Shown here in pieces: positions 41,728-50,922 of a stretch of DNA of 64,000 nucleotides; position 1 is the first letter of the stretch; every line of letters begins with the position of its first letter. The translations under genes were made by a program, and so were the position numbers. The notes beneath the pieces were generated by a model. It was not told the origin of the DNA. It did not search any database and saw only the letters and a program-made list of their open reading frames with translations. Origin of the DNA: an uncultured Cytophagia bacterium (lineage in GTDB: Bacteria; Zhuqueibacterota; Zhuqueibacteria; Thermofontimicrobiales; Thermofontimicrobiaceae); contig CAYYMH010000004.1 of the NCBI GenBank assembly GCA_964472785.1, positions 389 to 64,388 of the forward strand, read 5' to 3'.

Positions 41728-43668
41728 TTATTCATCCAACACATAAATAGACTTCAAATCCCGATCCTTCTGATCAAAATCCAAGCCATATCCGACCACA
41801 AATTTTTTGGGAATCGTGAATCCCACATAATCTAATTTAAAATCGACAACTGCATTATCTTCTTTTAATAACAATGACACGAATTTAAGCGAAGCGGGTT
41901 TCGTTCCGACAAACATTTTTTCCAAAAACTTTATTGACCTGCCTGAATCAGCAATATCTTCGACAACAAGAATATGACGACCATCCACATCGCAATCAAA
42001 CCCCTTTTTACTCTTAATGAATCCTGAAGAAACCCTGCCGCTTCCATAACTGGAAATTTTTACAAAATCGACTTCACAGGCAATATCCATTTCCCGAATC
42101 AAATCAGCTAAAAATACAAACGCACCGTTTAATACACCAATTAATATTGGGCACTTGCCTCTGTAATCATTAGAAAGTTGTTTTGCTAATTCCTTGACAC
42201 GTTTTTTAATCTGCTGTTCGCTGATAAATTCAACATATTTTTCATCATCTCGTTCCACACACTTTGTATCGTTCATGCAATCAACCCTCATAACTTGTAG
42301 CTTCAATTTTTTCTTCGTGTGTTTTGTCACTTTGTATCGATCATCCAGCCGATAACCAATAATCCACACAATCCCCTTTTGACAAACCAAGAGCGGAATC
42401 TCTCTTCTCCTGTGGAGCGGTATTTTTTGATCATTAAAAAAGTCTGAAACTTTTTTTTCGCCACCCAGATTTATGGGACGAAATTTATCACCGTAACGAA
42501 AATTCCTTACTTTTAATAATCCATCGACATTATCATAATCAATATATTCGATCTTCGGATCAATAGAAAACTTCTCCGGCAGTTCATTCTCACTAATTTC
42601 TTTCACACTCAAAACGAACGAATTAGGTAAATCATACTCTTTTCCAGGCTCAACCAAGAACTCATAATCAGTTCGCTGATTTGATTTCAAAAAAATAACA
42701 GCTCCGTGATCCACTAAAGCCTGCAAATCTGCGGTTAAATCAATTCTGTTTCCTGTTTTTGTCTGCTCAATCTGGTCCAATAAAAATTCAAATTTTCTGC
42801 TGTTTAAAACAGATCGGTCAACCTTAAAATGATCCAGCGCAATAAAGATGATATGTTTTTGAATAACTCTAAAATAGCTTAAAAATGTATTAATTTCAAG
42901 TATTATTTTATTTTTTTTACAATTAATCAGACATCTGTTAAATGCTTCTTGAGCCTCTTTATTTAAATAACTTTCCGTTTCATTTATAAACTGGGAAGTT
43001 TTTAAAATCGTCTTTCTGATCGCCGGATTAAATTGTTTTTCCAGATAGGGAATCAACTCATGCCTGATTTTATTTCGCTGATATTTTAACAGTTTATTTG
43101 TCGGATCAGTTCGATATTCTAATGCGTGTTTTGTGCTGTAATTTTCAATCTCTTTTCTCGTTGCAAAAAGCAGCGGACGAATATATCGTCCCCGACGCGC
43201 TGCCATGCCGGACATACCTTTTAAACCGCTTCCGCGAATAAGGTGTGCGAGAACCGTTTCTACCTGATCATCCGAATTGTGACCAATGGCGACTGCATCC
43301 GCACGGCTCTCATCCAGCATCTCTTCGAAAAAACGGTAACGCAAAATCCGGGCACTTTCTTCTTCGGTTTTCTTATTTTGTTTAGCAAAGCCGAGGACAT
43401 CCACTTTTCGGGACACGGTTGCAATCTTTTTTTCTGCGGCTAAAATTTCAACAAATAATTGGTCTTCATCTGCTTGTTTTCCGCGGATGCCATGATTTAG
43501 ATGGATGATTTCCAGAATCAAATCAAAATCATCTTTTATCTTTAACAAAAGATCATACAGGACAACCGAATCGACACCACCGGAAACAGCGACTAAAAGA
43601 TAATCGTGCTGATGAATCAATCTGTTTTCCAGGACAAAATCCTTAAATTTGCTTAACAGATCGTCCAT
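41728..43668 (-). CDS. tilS/hpt: TilS-hypoxanthine phosphoribosyltransferase in-frame fusion
   Basis: SGGVDS, HxxDQVET, RPLL, RNKIRH, followed without a stop by VLNGA, VEDIADSG, VVGYGLD. Confidence 0.88.
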   Translation of the reverse strand: MDDLLSKFKDFVLENRLIHQHDYLLVAVSGGVDSVVLYDLLLKIKDDFDLILEIIHLNHGIRGKQADEDQLFVEILAAEKKIATVSRKVDVLGFAKQNKKTEEESARILRYRFFEEMLDESRADAVAIGHNSDDQVETVLAHLIRGSGLKGMSGMAARRGRYIRPLLFATRKEIENYSTKHALEYRTDPTNKLLKYQRNKIRHELIPYLEKQFNPAIRKTILKTSQFINETESYLNKEAQEAFNRCLINCKKNKIILEINTFLSYFRVIQKHIIFIALDHFKVDRSVLNSRKFEFLLDQIEQTKTGNRIDLTADLQALVDHGAVIFLKSNQRTDYEFLVEPGKEYDLPNSFVLSVKEISENELPEKFSIDPKIEYIDYDNVDGLLKVRNFRYGDKFRPINLGGEKKVSDFFNDQKIPLHRRREIPLLVCQKGIVWIIGYRLDDRYKVTKHTKKKLKLQVMRVDCMNDTKCVERDDEKYVEFISEQQIKKRVKELAKQLSNDYRGKCPILIGVLNGAFVFLADLIREMDIACEVDFVKISSYGSGRVSSGFIKSKKGFDCDVDGRHILVVEDIADSGRSIKFLEKMFVGTKPASLKFVSLLLKEDNAVVDFKLDYVGFTIPKKFVVGYGLDFDQKDRDLKSIYVLDE

Positions 43669-43711
43669 GTTACCCGCATTTTTCAAATCATCAATTATAA
43701 TTTGTACTTAT

Positions 43712-43741
43712 AAAAAAACGCCTTCCTGACTAGAAAGGCGT
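43712..43741 (-). terminator. Terminator after tRNA
   Basis: ACGCCTT..AAGGCGT stem followed by a U tract on the minus strand. Confidence 0.65.
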
Positions 43742-43767
43742 ATCATCATATCAAACTTGACGTTTGA

Positions 43768-43844
43768 TGGTAGCGGCGCAGGGACTCGAACCCCGGACAC
43801 GTGGATTATGATTCCACTGCTCTAGCCGACTGAGCTACGCCGCC
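43768..43844 (-). tRNA. tRNA with CAT anticodon, most likely elongator tRNA-Met
   Basis: GGCGGCG acceptor stem, TAGCTCAG, GTGGA-ATCATAA-TCCAC anticodon arm, GGTTCGAGTCC, encoded CCA; 77 nt. Confidence 0.93.
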
Positions 43845-43858
43845 AATCAAGAAGTTTA

Positions 43859-43887
43859 AATATAACATATTTATCATTTAAAGTCAA
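43859..43887 (-). promoter_or_regulatory. tRNA promoter
   Basis: TTGACT-N17-TATATT with TGn extension. Confidence 0.6.
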
Positions 43888-43948
43888 GAAAAAATTCCGC
43901 TTAATACAATAAGAACACACAACAGATATCAGTTATTTAATTTTTATC

Positions 43949-43977
43949 TTGACAAATTTAAAAAAAAATACTACATT
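43949..43977 (+). promoter_or_regulatory. csp promoter (long 5' UTR follows)
   Basis: TTGACA-N17-TACATT. Confidence 0.55.
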
Positions 43978-44090
43978 ATTTCGTATGGCAGTCGTTTCAT
44001 CGAAGTACAGGTTGACTGGACTAGTCGAGAACGTTCTGTCACACGTGCAATTTGTTTTATGTATTATCACGCGAAGGAGGTGAATGTATC

Positions 44091-44303
44091 GTGGCAGAAC
44101 GGGAGACCGGAACTGTCAAGTGGTTTAACAAAACCAAAGGCTTTGGCTTTATAGAACGTCAAGAAGGGGATGACATATTCGTGCATTACTCTGCGATACG
44201 CGGAGATGGTTTCCGTACCCTGCAACCTAATCAAGAGGTTGAATTTACCATTGAGGAAACAGAAAAAGGACCTCAGGCACAGGATGTAATTTCTCTGTCT
44301 TAA
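44091..44303 (+). CDS. csp: Cold-shock protein
   Basis: [20 protein letters not shown]; AGGAGG RBS before GTG 44091. Confidence 0.95.
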   Translation: MAERETGTVKWFNKTKGFGFIERQEGDDIFVHYSAIRGDGFRTLQPNQEVEFTIEETEKGPQAQDVISLS

Positions 44304-44329
44304 ATTTGACGATAACGCCTCAAGTTTGA

Positions 44330-44370
44330 GTGCGACGTTCTAAGGGTATTACAGGACGTCGCACCTTTTT
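44330..44370 (+). terminator. Terminator after csp
   Basis: GTGCGACGTTCT..AGGACGTCGCAC then a T tract. Confidence 0.7.
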
Positions 44371-44491
44371 ATATATTCACGATTTGACTCAATTGTTTTT
44401 TTTAAATCAAAAGTGAAAACACACCTTCCTAAATTATTAGCGTCCTCGCTATGCAAACAACACAATCGATTATTAAAGTGGGAGAAATAGG

Positions 44492-45706
44492 ATGCCGAAT
44501 AAACATTATCAATCAATCCCAACTGACCATTCTTTAACCAGACGTAACTTTTTGAAAAGCAGCGCAATCAGTGCGGGCTTGTTATTAGGTTCTCCGAAAT
44601 TATGGGCACAGGAAAAAACGAAAAAGTCTAAAAAACCGAAAACAAATCTGAACGAAGTGATAAATATCCCGCGTCAGGAATTATCGGTTCCCGGAAGATT
44701 TCCGGGCAAAGTTCTCGAAGTTGCACACAAATCCGCGATGAAAGATGACACGCCGGATGCAAAAATCGTTTCAGAAATGGTTCATACCGGTATCCAAAAA
44801 TTGACCGACAAATCATTGGAAGAAAGCTTTGGCTTGTTCTTTAAACAGGACGACATCATCGGCATCAAAGTCAATCCGGTGGGTGCCGGTTTGATCAGTA
44901 CCCGACTCGAAGTTGTGGATGCGGTCATAGAATGGCTGCTGAATAATGGCGTCCCAAAGAAAAACATCATCATTTGGGATCGATTCGATTACATGCTCGA
45001 AGAGGCTGGATTCACCGGTGAACGCTATCCGGGAATCGCCATCGAAGGGCTTCAAACAATGGATGAGTCTGCTGCCGAAGAAAAATCTGACGACAATAGC
45101 CGCTGGCTCGACGAAAACGGAAATCACATAAGCATCGACAACTTTGATAAAGATGTATATTATTGGGCTGATGTGGATGGTCCCGAGGACATGGCGTATT
45201 TGAATCAGCATGTGGTCAACGGAAAATATTCTTACTTTGGTAAACTACTCACTCAAAAACTGACTAAAATTATCAACGTTCCGGTATTTAAAAATACGGG
45301 AAACGGCATTTCGATGGCAACGAAAAATATCGGCTACGGCGCAGTCTGCAATACCGGTCGTCTGCACAAACCGCTGTTTTTTGATGTCTGCACCGAAATT
45401 TTCGCTTTTCCCGCGATCCGCGATAAACTGGTTCTTAACATTACCGATGGATTACGCGCACAATACGATGGCGGTCCCGGTCCGAATGCCCAATTCACTT
45501 ATAATTTCAATAAATTGTTCTTTGCAACGGATCCCTTTGCGCTGGACATGATCTGCCATCAGCAAATGGTTGAAAAGCGAAAAAGTATGGATGTCAAAGT
45601 CAATGAACATCCGATTTTTACGGAATATTTGCATTATGCGGAAAAGTTAGGTCTCGGCATCGCAAATACGGAGAAAATCGAACATGTAGAAATGGTTTTG
45701 GGTTAA
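44492..45706 (+). CDS. Tat-exported DUF362-like protein
   Basis: TRRNFLK signal; IKVN, INVPVFK, MATKNIGYG, DGL, ATDPFALD. Confidence 0.7.
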   Translation: MPNKHYQSIPTDHSLTRRNFLKSSAISAGLLLGSPKLWAQEKTKKSKKPKTNLNEVINIPRQELSVPGRFPGKVLEVAHKSAMKDDTPDAKIVSEMVHTGIQKLTDKSLEESFGLFFKQDDIIGIKVNPVGAGLISTRLEVVDAVIEWLLNNGVPKKNIIIWDRFDYMLEEAGFTGERYPGIAIEGLQTMDESAAEEKSDDNSRWLDENGNHISIDNFDKDVYYWADVDGPEDMAYLNQHVVNGKYSYFGKLLTQKLTKIINVPVFKNTGNGISMATKNIGYGAVCNTGRLHKPLFFDVCTEIFAFPAIRDKLVLNITDGLRAQYDGGPGPNAQFTYNFNKLFFATDPFALDMICHQQMVEKRKSMDVKVNEHPIFTEYLHYAEKLGLGIANTEKIEHVEMVLG

Positions 45707-45718
45707 TATACTAATGTG

Positions 45719-45808
45719 AAAGTGGTTTTAAGATTTCACCTTTTTATCCTTTCTTGCTAAGAGAGGATTAAGGTGAGTTTTTATAATAGAAAACATTAAA
45801 ACCACTTT
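45719..45808. repeat. 90-bp intergenic nested palindrome
   Basis: AAAGTGGTTTTAA...TTAAAACCACTTT outer arms; inner TCACCTT/AAGGTGA and ATCCTTTCTT/AAGAGAGGAT. Confidence 0.7.
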
Positions 45809-45852
45809 GTGATGACTATATTTTATTGCACAGCAACTGACGGTTTTGATTT

Positions 45853-46722
45853 ATGAAATTTAATGTGAAGATAATTTTCGTTATTTTAGTAGTGATCCTG
45901 AATAACCAATTAGCGTTTACGCAAAACACGAGTTCGGAAAAATCTATCCTCAAAGATTGGCAGCTTGTGTCAATCCAAGAATTCAAAGGCAAGGACTTGT
46001 ACGGACACATTAACGGCGGCGCGGAGTTGTTTCATGAATTCGGATTTGATAAATTAGTCGTTCAGCATTATCAAAATGATGGTGCTGAAATTACCGTGGA
46101 GACTTACAACATGGAGTCCCCCACCGCCGCTCTTGGTATTTATTTGATAAAATGCGGTAAAGAAACACCCCAGAAAAAAGTTAACGCTCGCAACACCGGA
46201 AACCGGTTTCAACTCACCATGGTGAAAGACAGTTGCTTTATTCAGATCAACAATTTTAGCGGCGATCCCAATTTGAAAATCGCAATTACTGTACTGGCGA
46301 ACCAACTCCTCGATAGAATTCAAAAAAACCGTTTGGTTTCGCTTTTGAATATTCTTCCGCAGGAAAACTTAACCTCCGGATCAGAGATGATAATTCGCGG
46401 TCCCTTTGCTTTGGATCCGATTTATACCTTTGGAGAAGGTGATATACTGCAGCTTAAAGGAGAGATATTTGGTGTAGTTAGTGATTATCAAATTGAGGAC
46501 GAGCAGTTCACTCGCATCATCATTCCTTACCCGTCCGGTCGATATGCCCGACAGGTTTTTGAAAATTTGCTCGAAAATCTTGATCCGTACTTGGAGATAC
46601 TCTCGAGAAATGAAGAGCAGTTCATATTTTCTGATTATCAAAATAAATATGGATTGGTCGAAATCGAAAATTCCGTAATCAACATAAAAATACATCTATC
46701 AGAGAAATCCGGGTTAAATTGA
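45853..46722 (+). CDS. Secreted protein, DUF6599-like
   Basis: Signal peptide; LYGHINGGAELFHEFGF motif. Confidence 0.55.
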   Translation: MKFNVKIIFVILVVILNNQLAFTQNTSSEKSILKDWQLVSIQEFKGKDLYGHINGGAELFHEFGFDKLVVQHYQNDGAEITVETYNMESPTAALGIYLIKCGKETPQKKVNARNTGNRFQLTMVKDSCFIQINNFSGDPNLKIAITVLANQLLDRIQKNRLVSLLNILPQENLTSGSEMIIRGPFALDPIYTFGEGDILQLKGEIFGVVSDYQIEDEQFTRIIIPYPSGRYARQVFENLLENLDPYLEILSRNEEQFIFSDYQNKYGLVEIENSVINIKIHLSEKSGLN

Positions 46723-46775
46723 CATAACAACAATTGCTATTCACTTTCAAAAACAGAATATCAAATCAAGGAACC

Positions 46776-47525
46776 ATGAACGAGATTCTCAAACTACTGT
46801 TACTCTTCTCTGTCGGTGCCATTGCCGGATTTATCAATGTCATGGCGGGCGGCGGTTCAACGTTGACTCTGCCTGTGCTTATTTTTCTGGGACTGGAAAG
46901 TTCACTGGCAAACGGGACCAACCGAATTGCAGTTTTTCTGCAAAATGTATCGGCGATTATTTCATTCAAACAGGAAAAATTCGCTCAATTTAAATTGAGT
47001 TTAAAGTTGACATTATTCACGTTACCTGGAGCGGTGATTGGCGCACTGATCGCCACCAACATCAGCAATGAATTATTCAAAAAAATATTGGCTGGCATTA
47101 TGATCGGCATTATTTTCACGCTGTTAATTCCGAAATCAAAAAAGAAAGCATTTGAAAACGGAGAAAAATATAATCCCTGGCTGGTTTATCCGGCGCTGGT
47201 AGGAATCGGTTTTTATGGTGGTTTTATTCAGGCTGGTGTGGGATTCATCATTATGGCAACACTGCATCATCTGATGCGACTGAACCTCGTCCACGTTAAC
47301 ATGCACAAAGTATTCATCATTTGCATTTACATGATCCCAACCATCATCGTCTTTGCACTGACGAATAATATCAACTGGGTTTACGGATTATTGCTTGCAG
47401 CAGGTAATGCCTTTGGTGCCTGGTGGGCAGCAAAATTGGCAGTCAAAAGAGGGGAAAAAGTGATCAGATTTATACTTTTGATTGCTATCCTAATTATGGC
47501 ACTGAAATTGTTGAAAGTGTTTTAA
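46776..47525 (+). CDS. TauE/SafE (TSUP) family transporter
   Basis: AGFINVMAGGG, ANGTNR, GFYGGFIQAGVG. Confidence 0.88.
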   Translation: MNEILKLLLLFSVGAIAGFINVMAGGGSTLTLPVLIFLGLESSLANGTNRIAVFLQNVSAIISFKQEKFAQFKLSLKLTLFTLPGAVIGALIATNISNELFKKILAGIMIGIIFTLLIPKSKKKAFENGEKYNPWLVYPALVGIGFYGGFIQAGVGFIIMATLHHLMRLNLVHVNMHKVFIICIYMIPTIIVFALTNNINWVYGLLLAAGNAFGAWWAAKLAVKRGEKVIRFILLIAILIMALKLLKVF

Positions 47526-47562
47526 ACATTCAAACCAATACTTCCAGCAAACTAATATTTTA

Positions 47563-47591
47563 ATAAAGCCCTGTCTTTAACAGGGCTTTAT
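47563..47591. terminator. Bidirectional terminator between convergent tauE and fprA
   Basis: ATAAAGCCCTGT-cttta-ACAGGGCTTTAT. Confidence 0.75.
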
Positions 47592-47592
47592 A

Positions 47593-48756
47593 TTATTGAA
47601 CTTGATCTTCGATTTGCTTCGTTATATCTCCTAACGTCTCCTCATCCGGCACATACTGAATTCTAACCTGATCGAGCAAGTCAAACTTACACTCCTTCAG
47701 CACATTTTCGATCAAGCCGACACTTTGTCCGCCCCAACCATAGGAACCGAACGCCATGGCAATGCGATCTTTGGGAGCCAGACCTTTCATGTAGGTCAGA
47801 AACGCAGCAACGGTCGGTAACATATTATTATTCAGTGTCGGAGAACCAACACAGATGTAACGCGCCGTGATGAGTTCCGTCATAATATCAGAAATATGAT
47901 TCGCTTGCAAACTCAACAAACGGTAGTTGTAACCTTTGTTCTGAAATCCTTTGGCAATGGCTTTGGCAATTTCAGCCGTAGAGTGCCACATCGTATCATA
48001 AATGATCAGCGCTTTTTTCTCTGTTTCATTACTCGACCATTTCTGGTATTCCTGAATAATTTCATTTATATATTTCCGCCACAGCAACCCATGACTCGGC
48101 GCTATCAGCCGAATATCCAGCCCTGCTACGGATTCCAACGCTTTTCTCACCTGCATTGAATAAGGCAGCACAATATTGGCATAATATTTCTTAGCTTCTT
48201 CCATTTGAATATTATACAAATATTCGTCATCAAAACGCTCCGATGTCGAGATATGCTGTCCAAATGCATCATTGGAAAAAAGTATCTTCTCCTCCGGGCA
48301 ATAACTCACCATATTGTCAGGCCAATGCACCATGGGCGTCAACACGAACTGTAAATTCCGTTTGCCGAGGTTTAATGTGTCCCCGCTCTTGATGACTTTG
48401 AAATTCCAGTCTTTTTTGTAATGCGCTTTCAACCCTTTAATTCCGTTCGGTGACGTGATTATCTCCATATCCGGATTCAATTCCATCAGTTTCGGCAAAC
48501 TTCCGGAATGATCCATTTCCACGTGATTGGAAACATGAATATCAATTTTCTTCGGATCGATGACATGAGAGATACGCTCGATCATCTCATTGTACAAATA
48601 GTGTTTCACCGTATCAATCAATGTCACTTTATCATCAACAATCAAATATGAATTATAGGTTGAACCTCGCTGGGTCAAATAGCCATGGAAATTTCTCAAA
48701 TCCCAGTCGATGCCGCCAACCCAATACACATTTTTGCTTAATTCAATCGGTTTCAT
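47593..48756 (-). CDS. fprA: Flavodiiron protein (class A)
   Basis: HVEMDH, HWPD, SNDAFG, PSHG; flavodoxin domain with GSYGWGG. Confidence 0.95.
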   Translation of the reverse strand: MKPIELSKNVYWVGGIDWDLRNFHGYLTQRGSTYNSYLIVDDKVTLIDTVKHYLYNEMIERISHVIDPKKIDIHVSNHVEMDHSGSLPKLMELNPDMEIITSPNGIKGLKAHYKKDWNFKVIKSGDTLNLGKRNLQFVLTPMVHWPDNMVSYCPEEKILFSNDAFGQHISTSERFDDEYLYNIQMEEAKKYYANIVLPYSMQVRKALESVAGLDIRLIAPSHGLLWRKYINEIIQEYQKWSSNETEKKALIIYDTMWHSTAEIAKAIAKGFQNKGYNYRLLSLQANHISDIMTELITARYICVGSPTLNNNMLPTVAAFLTYMKGLAPKDRIAMAFGSYGWGGQSVGLIENVLKECKFDLLDQVRIQYVPDEETLGDITKQIEDQVQ

Positions 48757-48796
48757 ATCACAAACTCCTCACTCATCTCCTTAAATAATTCAACCG

Positions 48797-49261
48797 TTAA
48801 TTTTCTTTATAAAAATGATCATCGTATTCTTTTTCTAATTTTGCTTTATGCGATTTTTCCTCATCTGCCAGTTTGTCAAACACATTCTCCAGTTCCGTTC
48901 CGGAAAAATGCGATTTCATATCGTTGTAAAAATTGAATGCTTTCTCTTCTTCCTTCATAGCAAATATCATGACTTCCTGGGGTGTGGCATATTTTTCCAG
49001 TTCTGTCTGTTTTAAAAAATTAGAAATCCCGGGCGTTTGTTTTGGCGTATCGCTGCCCAGTTTTTGAAATTTACCTTCGTCGAGAACATTCTCCAGTAAT
49101 TTCCGATGTCCCAACTCCTGCTGGGCTAAATCTAACAGCATTTTTTTGGAACTGTTGCTGACAACTTTCTCGCTGGTATCTTTATAAATATTATAGGCAT
49201 CGATCTCTTTTTGAATTGCAATTTTTATCGCTTCTTCAACAGTTAACGATTTTTCTGCCAT
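48797..49261 (-). CDS. Ferritin-like/rubrerythrin diiron-domain protein
   Basis: Two E..Y / ExxH half-sites (QELGH, EEKSH). Confidence 0.85.
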   Translation of the reverse strand: MAEKSLTVEEAIKIAIQKEIDAYNIYKDTSEKVVSNSSKKMLLDLAQQELGHRKLLENVLDEGKFQKLGSDTPKQTPGISNFLKQTELEKYATPQEVMIFAMKEEEKAFNFYNDMKSHFSGTELENVFDKLADEEKSHKAKLEKEYDDHFYKEN

Positions 49262-49625
49262 TTTATTCTCCTGATATTTTTTTGAAAGATTTTATTTCAA
49301 TCAATTAAACCAAAATGCACCTTGAATATCACTTAAAATATTATTTTACCTCGAAGGCGCAAAGACTCAAAAATCAATTGATTAGAATTATATTCATATT
49401 TTAATAATAGAAAACTATGTTTAGAATTTAATTATTTTGTAATTTGTTATTTCTTCGTGACTTCAAGTCTTGGTGGCAATCATTTATTCTATTACACCCA
49501 AAAACTTTGTTATTTTAACAAAATTTCAGATCAATTTTTTTAATCCGTGCAAATCCGTTTAATCCGTGTCATCCGAGTTCTATTTTGGTTGCGGCTTTGC
49601 TGTGTTAGGAATAACACAGGTTAAA

Positions 49626-50114
49626 TTATTCTCCCCAAAGCCACATGCCGCCTTTGTTGCTGATTTGATAAAATTCATCACTCAAAATACGACGATGCAA
49701 TGTTTCTTCATCAGCTAATTTTTCAAACATTTCCTTCCCTCGTGGATCAGAGGTTTGGTCTACCATTATTAGATAATGTTCCCGCGCTTTTTCCTCAGCT
49801 TCAATTGCCATGGATAAAATGTCCAGCACGTCATCGGTATTTTCTTCAACTTTGCCGGATATTTCTGAACCTGTTTTTGATTTGAATGATGTGCCTTCAT
49901 ATTCGATAAATTCATCTTTTTCTGTTAGTGATTTTTTAAGCTCGTTCAATTTATCGTAATGCGTTTGCTCAAAATCTGCCAGTTGCTGAAGTAAATCTTT
50001 GCCGCGTTCGTTGTGTACTTTCTCTTTTGCATCTGAATAAAATTTGTTCGCTTTTTGTTCCGCTTCCATGGCGATGTCGATTGCTTCCAATAGTCCTAAG
50101 TTTTTTTCTCCCAT
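49626..50114 (-). CDS. Ferritin-like/rubrerythrin diiron-domain protein
   Basis: FEQTH, EETLH. Confidence 0.85.
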   Translation of the reverse strand: MGEKNLGLLEAIDIAMEAEQKANKFYSDAKEKVHNERGKDLLQQLADFEQTHYDKLNELKKSLTEKDEFIEYEGTSFKSKTGSEISGKVEENTDDVLDILSMAIEAEEKAREHYLIMVDQTSDPRGKEMFEKLADEETLHRRILSDEFYQISNKGGMWLWGE

Positions 50115-50188
50115 CAGTGAGCTCCTCTTTTTTAAATTTTTTTTTTATTCATCCTGTTAAATTTATTTATTTCGATTTTTGAAAATTC

Positions 50189-50893
50189 TTAATAAACCAA
50201 ATCACCACCCTGCTGTCCGATAAATGAGACGATTGGCAAATACGAAAAAATGATTGCCGGAATCATGATGTTAAATCCGCTTGCTGATTTTAGGATCATC
50301 AAATTATTCGCAAGTACAACTAAAACGATAACATCAAATATAAGCACCACAAAAGAAAAGATAATTTTACGTTGCACATTGGAAATCGGCTTTCCCAAAT
50401 AATTCAATTTCCAGGACAACCATCCTGTTACCATTGCGAATGGTAAAGAAATTGTGCCTAAAATATGCAGATACAAAATGCCGTGCAGCAAGGGTTCCAG
50501 CGGATCAACCACATAGTACCAGAATAAAAATAGCGAAGCTGTAATAAAAAACGCCATCGGAAAATGCACGACCATTGGATGCGGATGCCTTTTTAAAAAT
50601 GGATAATCATCGAAGATTTTATTCAACCATTCCGGCAGTGGCGGGCGTACATCTTCATCTTTGGAAGTAGCAAGATCAGCTACCTTTTGGAATTTATTCA
50701 ACACTTCAGCACCGTGAGGCGCTGCCCTGAGCTCTTTGCTCAAATCGGTGCCGGCATGATGACGGTTCATGTGCGTTCCGTTTTTCCACAACTTGCTATC
50801 AGAAATATCGTAAATTATTCCATCGACTGCGACATAGCCGGGATTTCCATTCTTCCCGTTTTTATCGGCTAACTGCTGTTTATCCAGTTCCAA
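50189..50893 (-). CDS. Cytochrome b5-like domain fused to a 4-TM (DUF2231-like) domain
   Basis: YVAVDGIIYDIS..WKNGTH..HHAG..APHG; HPHPMVVHFP followed by TM helices. Confidence 0.8.
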   Translation of the reverse strand: MELDKQQLADKNGKNGNPGYVAVDGIIYDISDSKLWKNGTHMNRHHAGTDLSKELRAAPHGAEVLNKFQKVADLATSKDEDVRPPLPEWLNKIFDDYPFLKRHPHPMVVHFPMAFFITASLFLFWYYVVDPLEPLLHGILYLHILGTISLPFAMVTGWLSWKLNYLGKPISNVQRKIIFSFVVLIFDVIVLVVLANNLMILKSASGFNIMIPAIIFSYLPIVSFIGQQGGDLVY

Positions 50894-50922
50894 TATGTTC
50901 CTCCCTTAACAAAGATCCCTTG

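Noticed and set aside
43768-43844. tRNA as an integration site for a prophage or island
   Set aside because: No integrase, and no duplicated tRNA 3' end was seen; the flanks are housekeeping genes.
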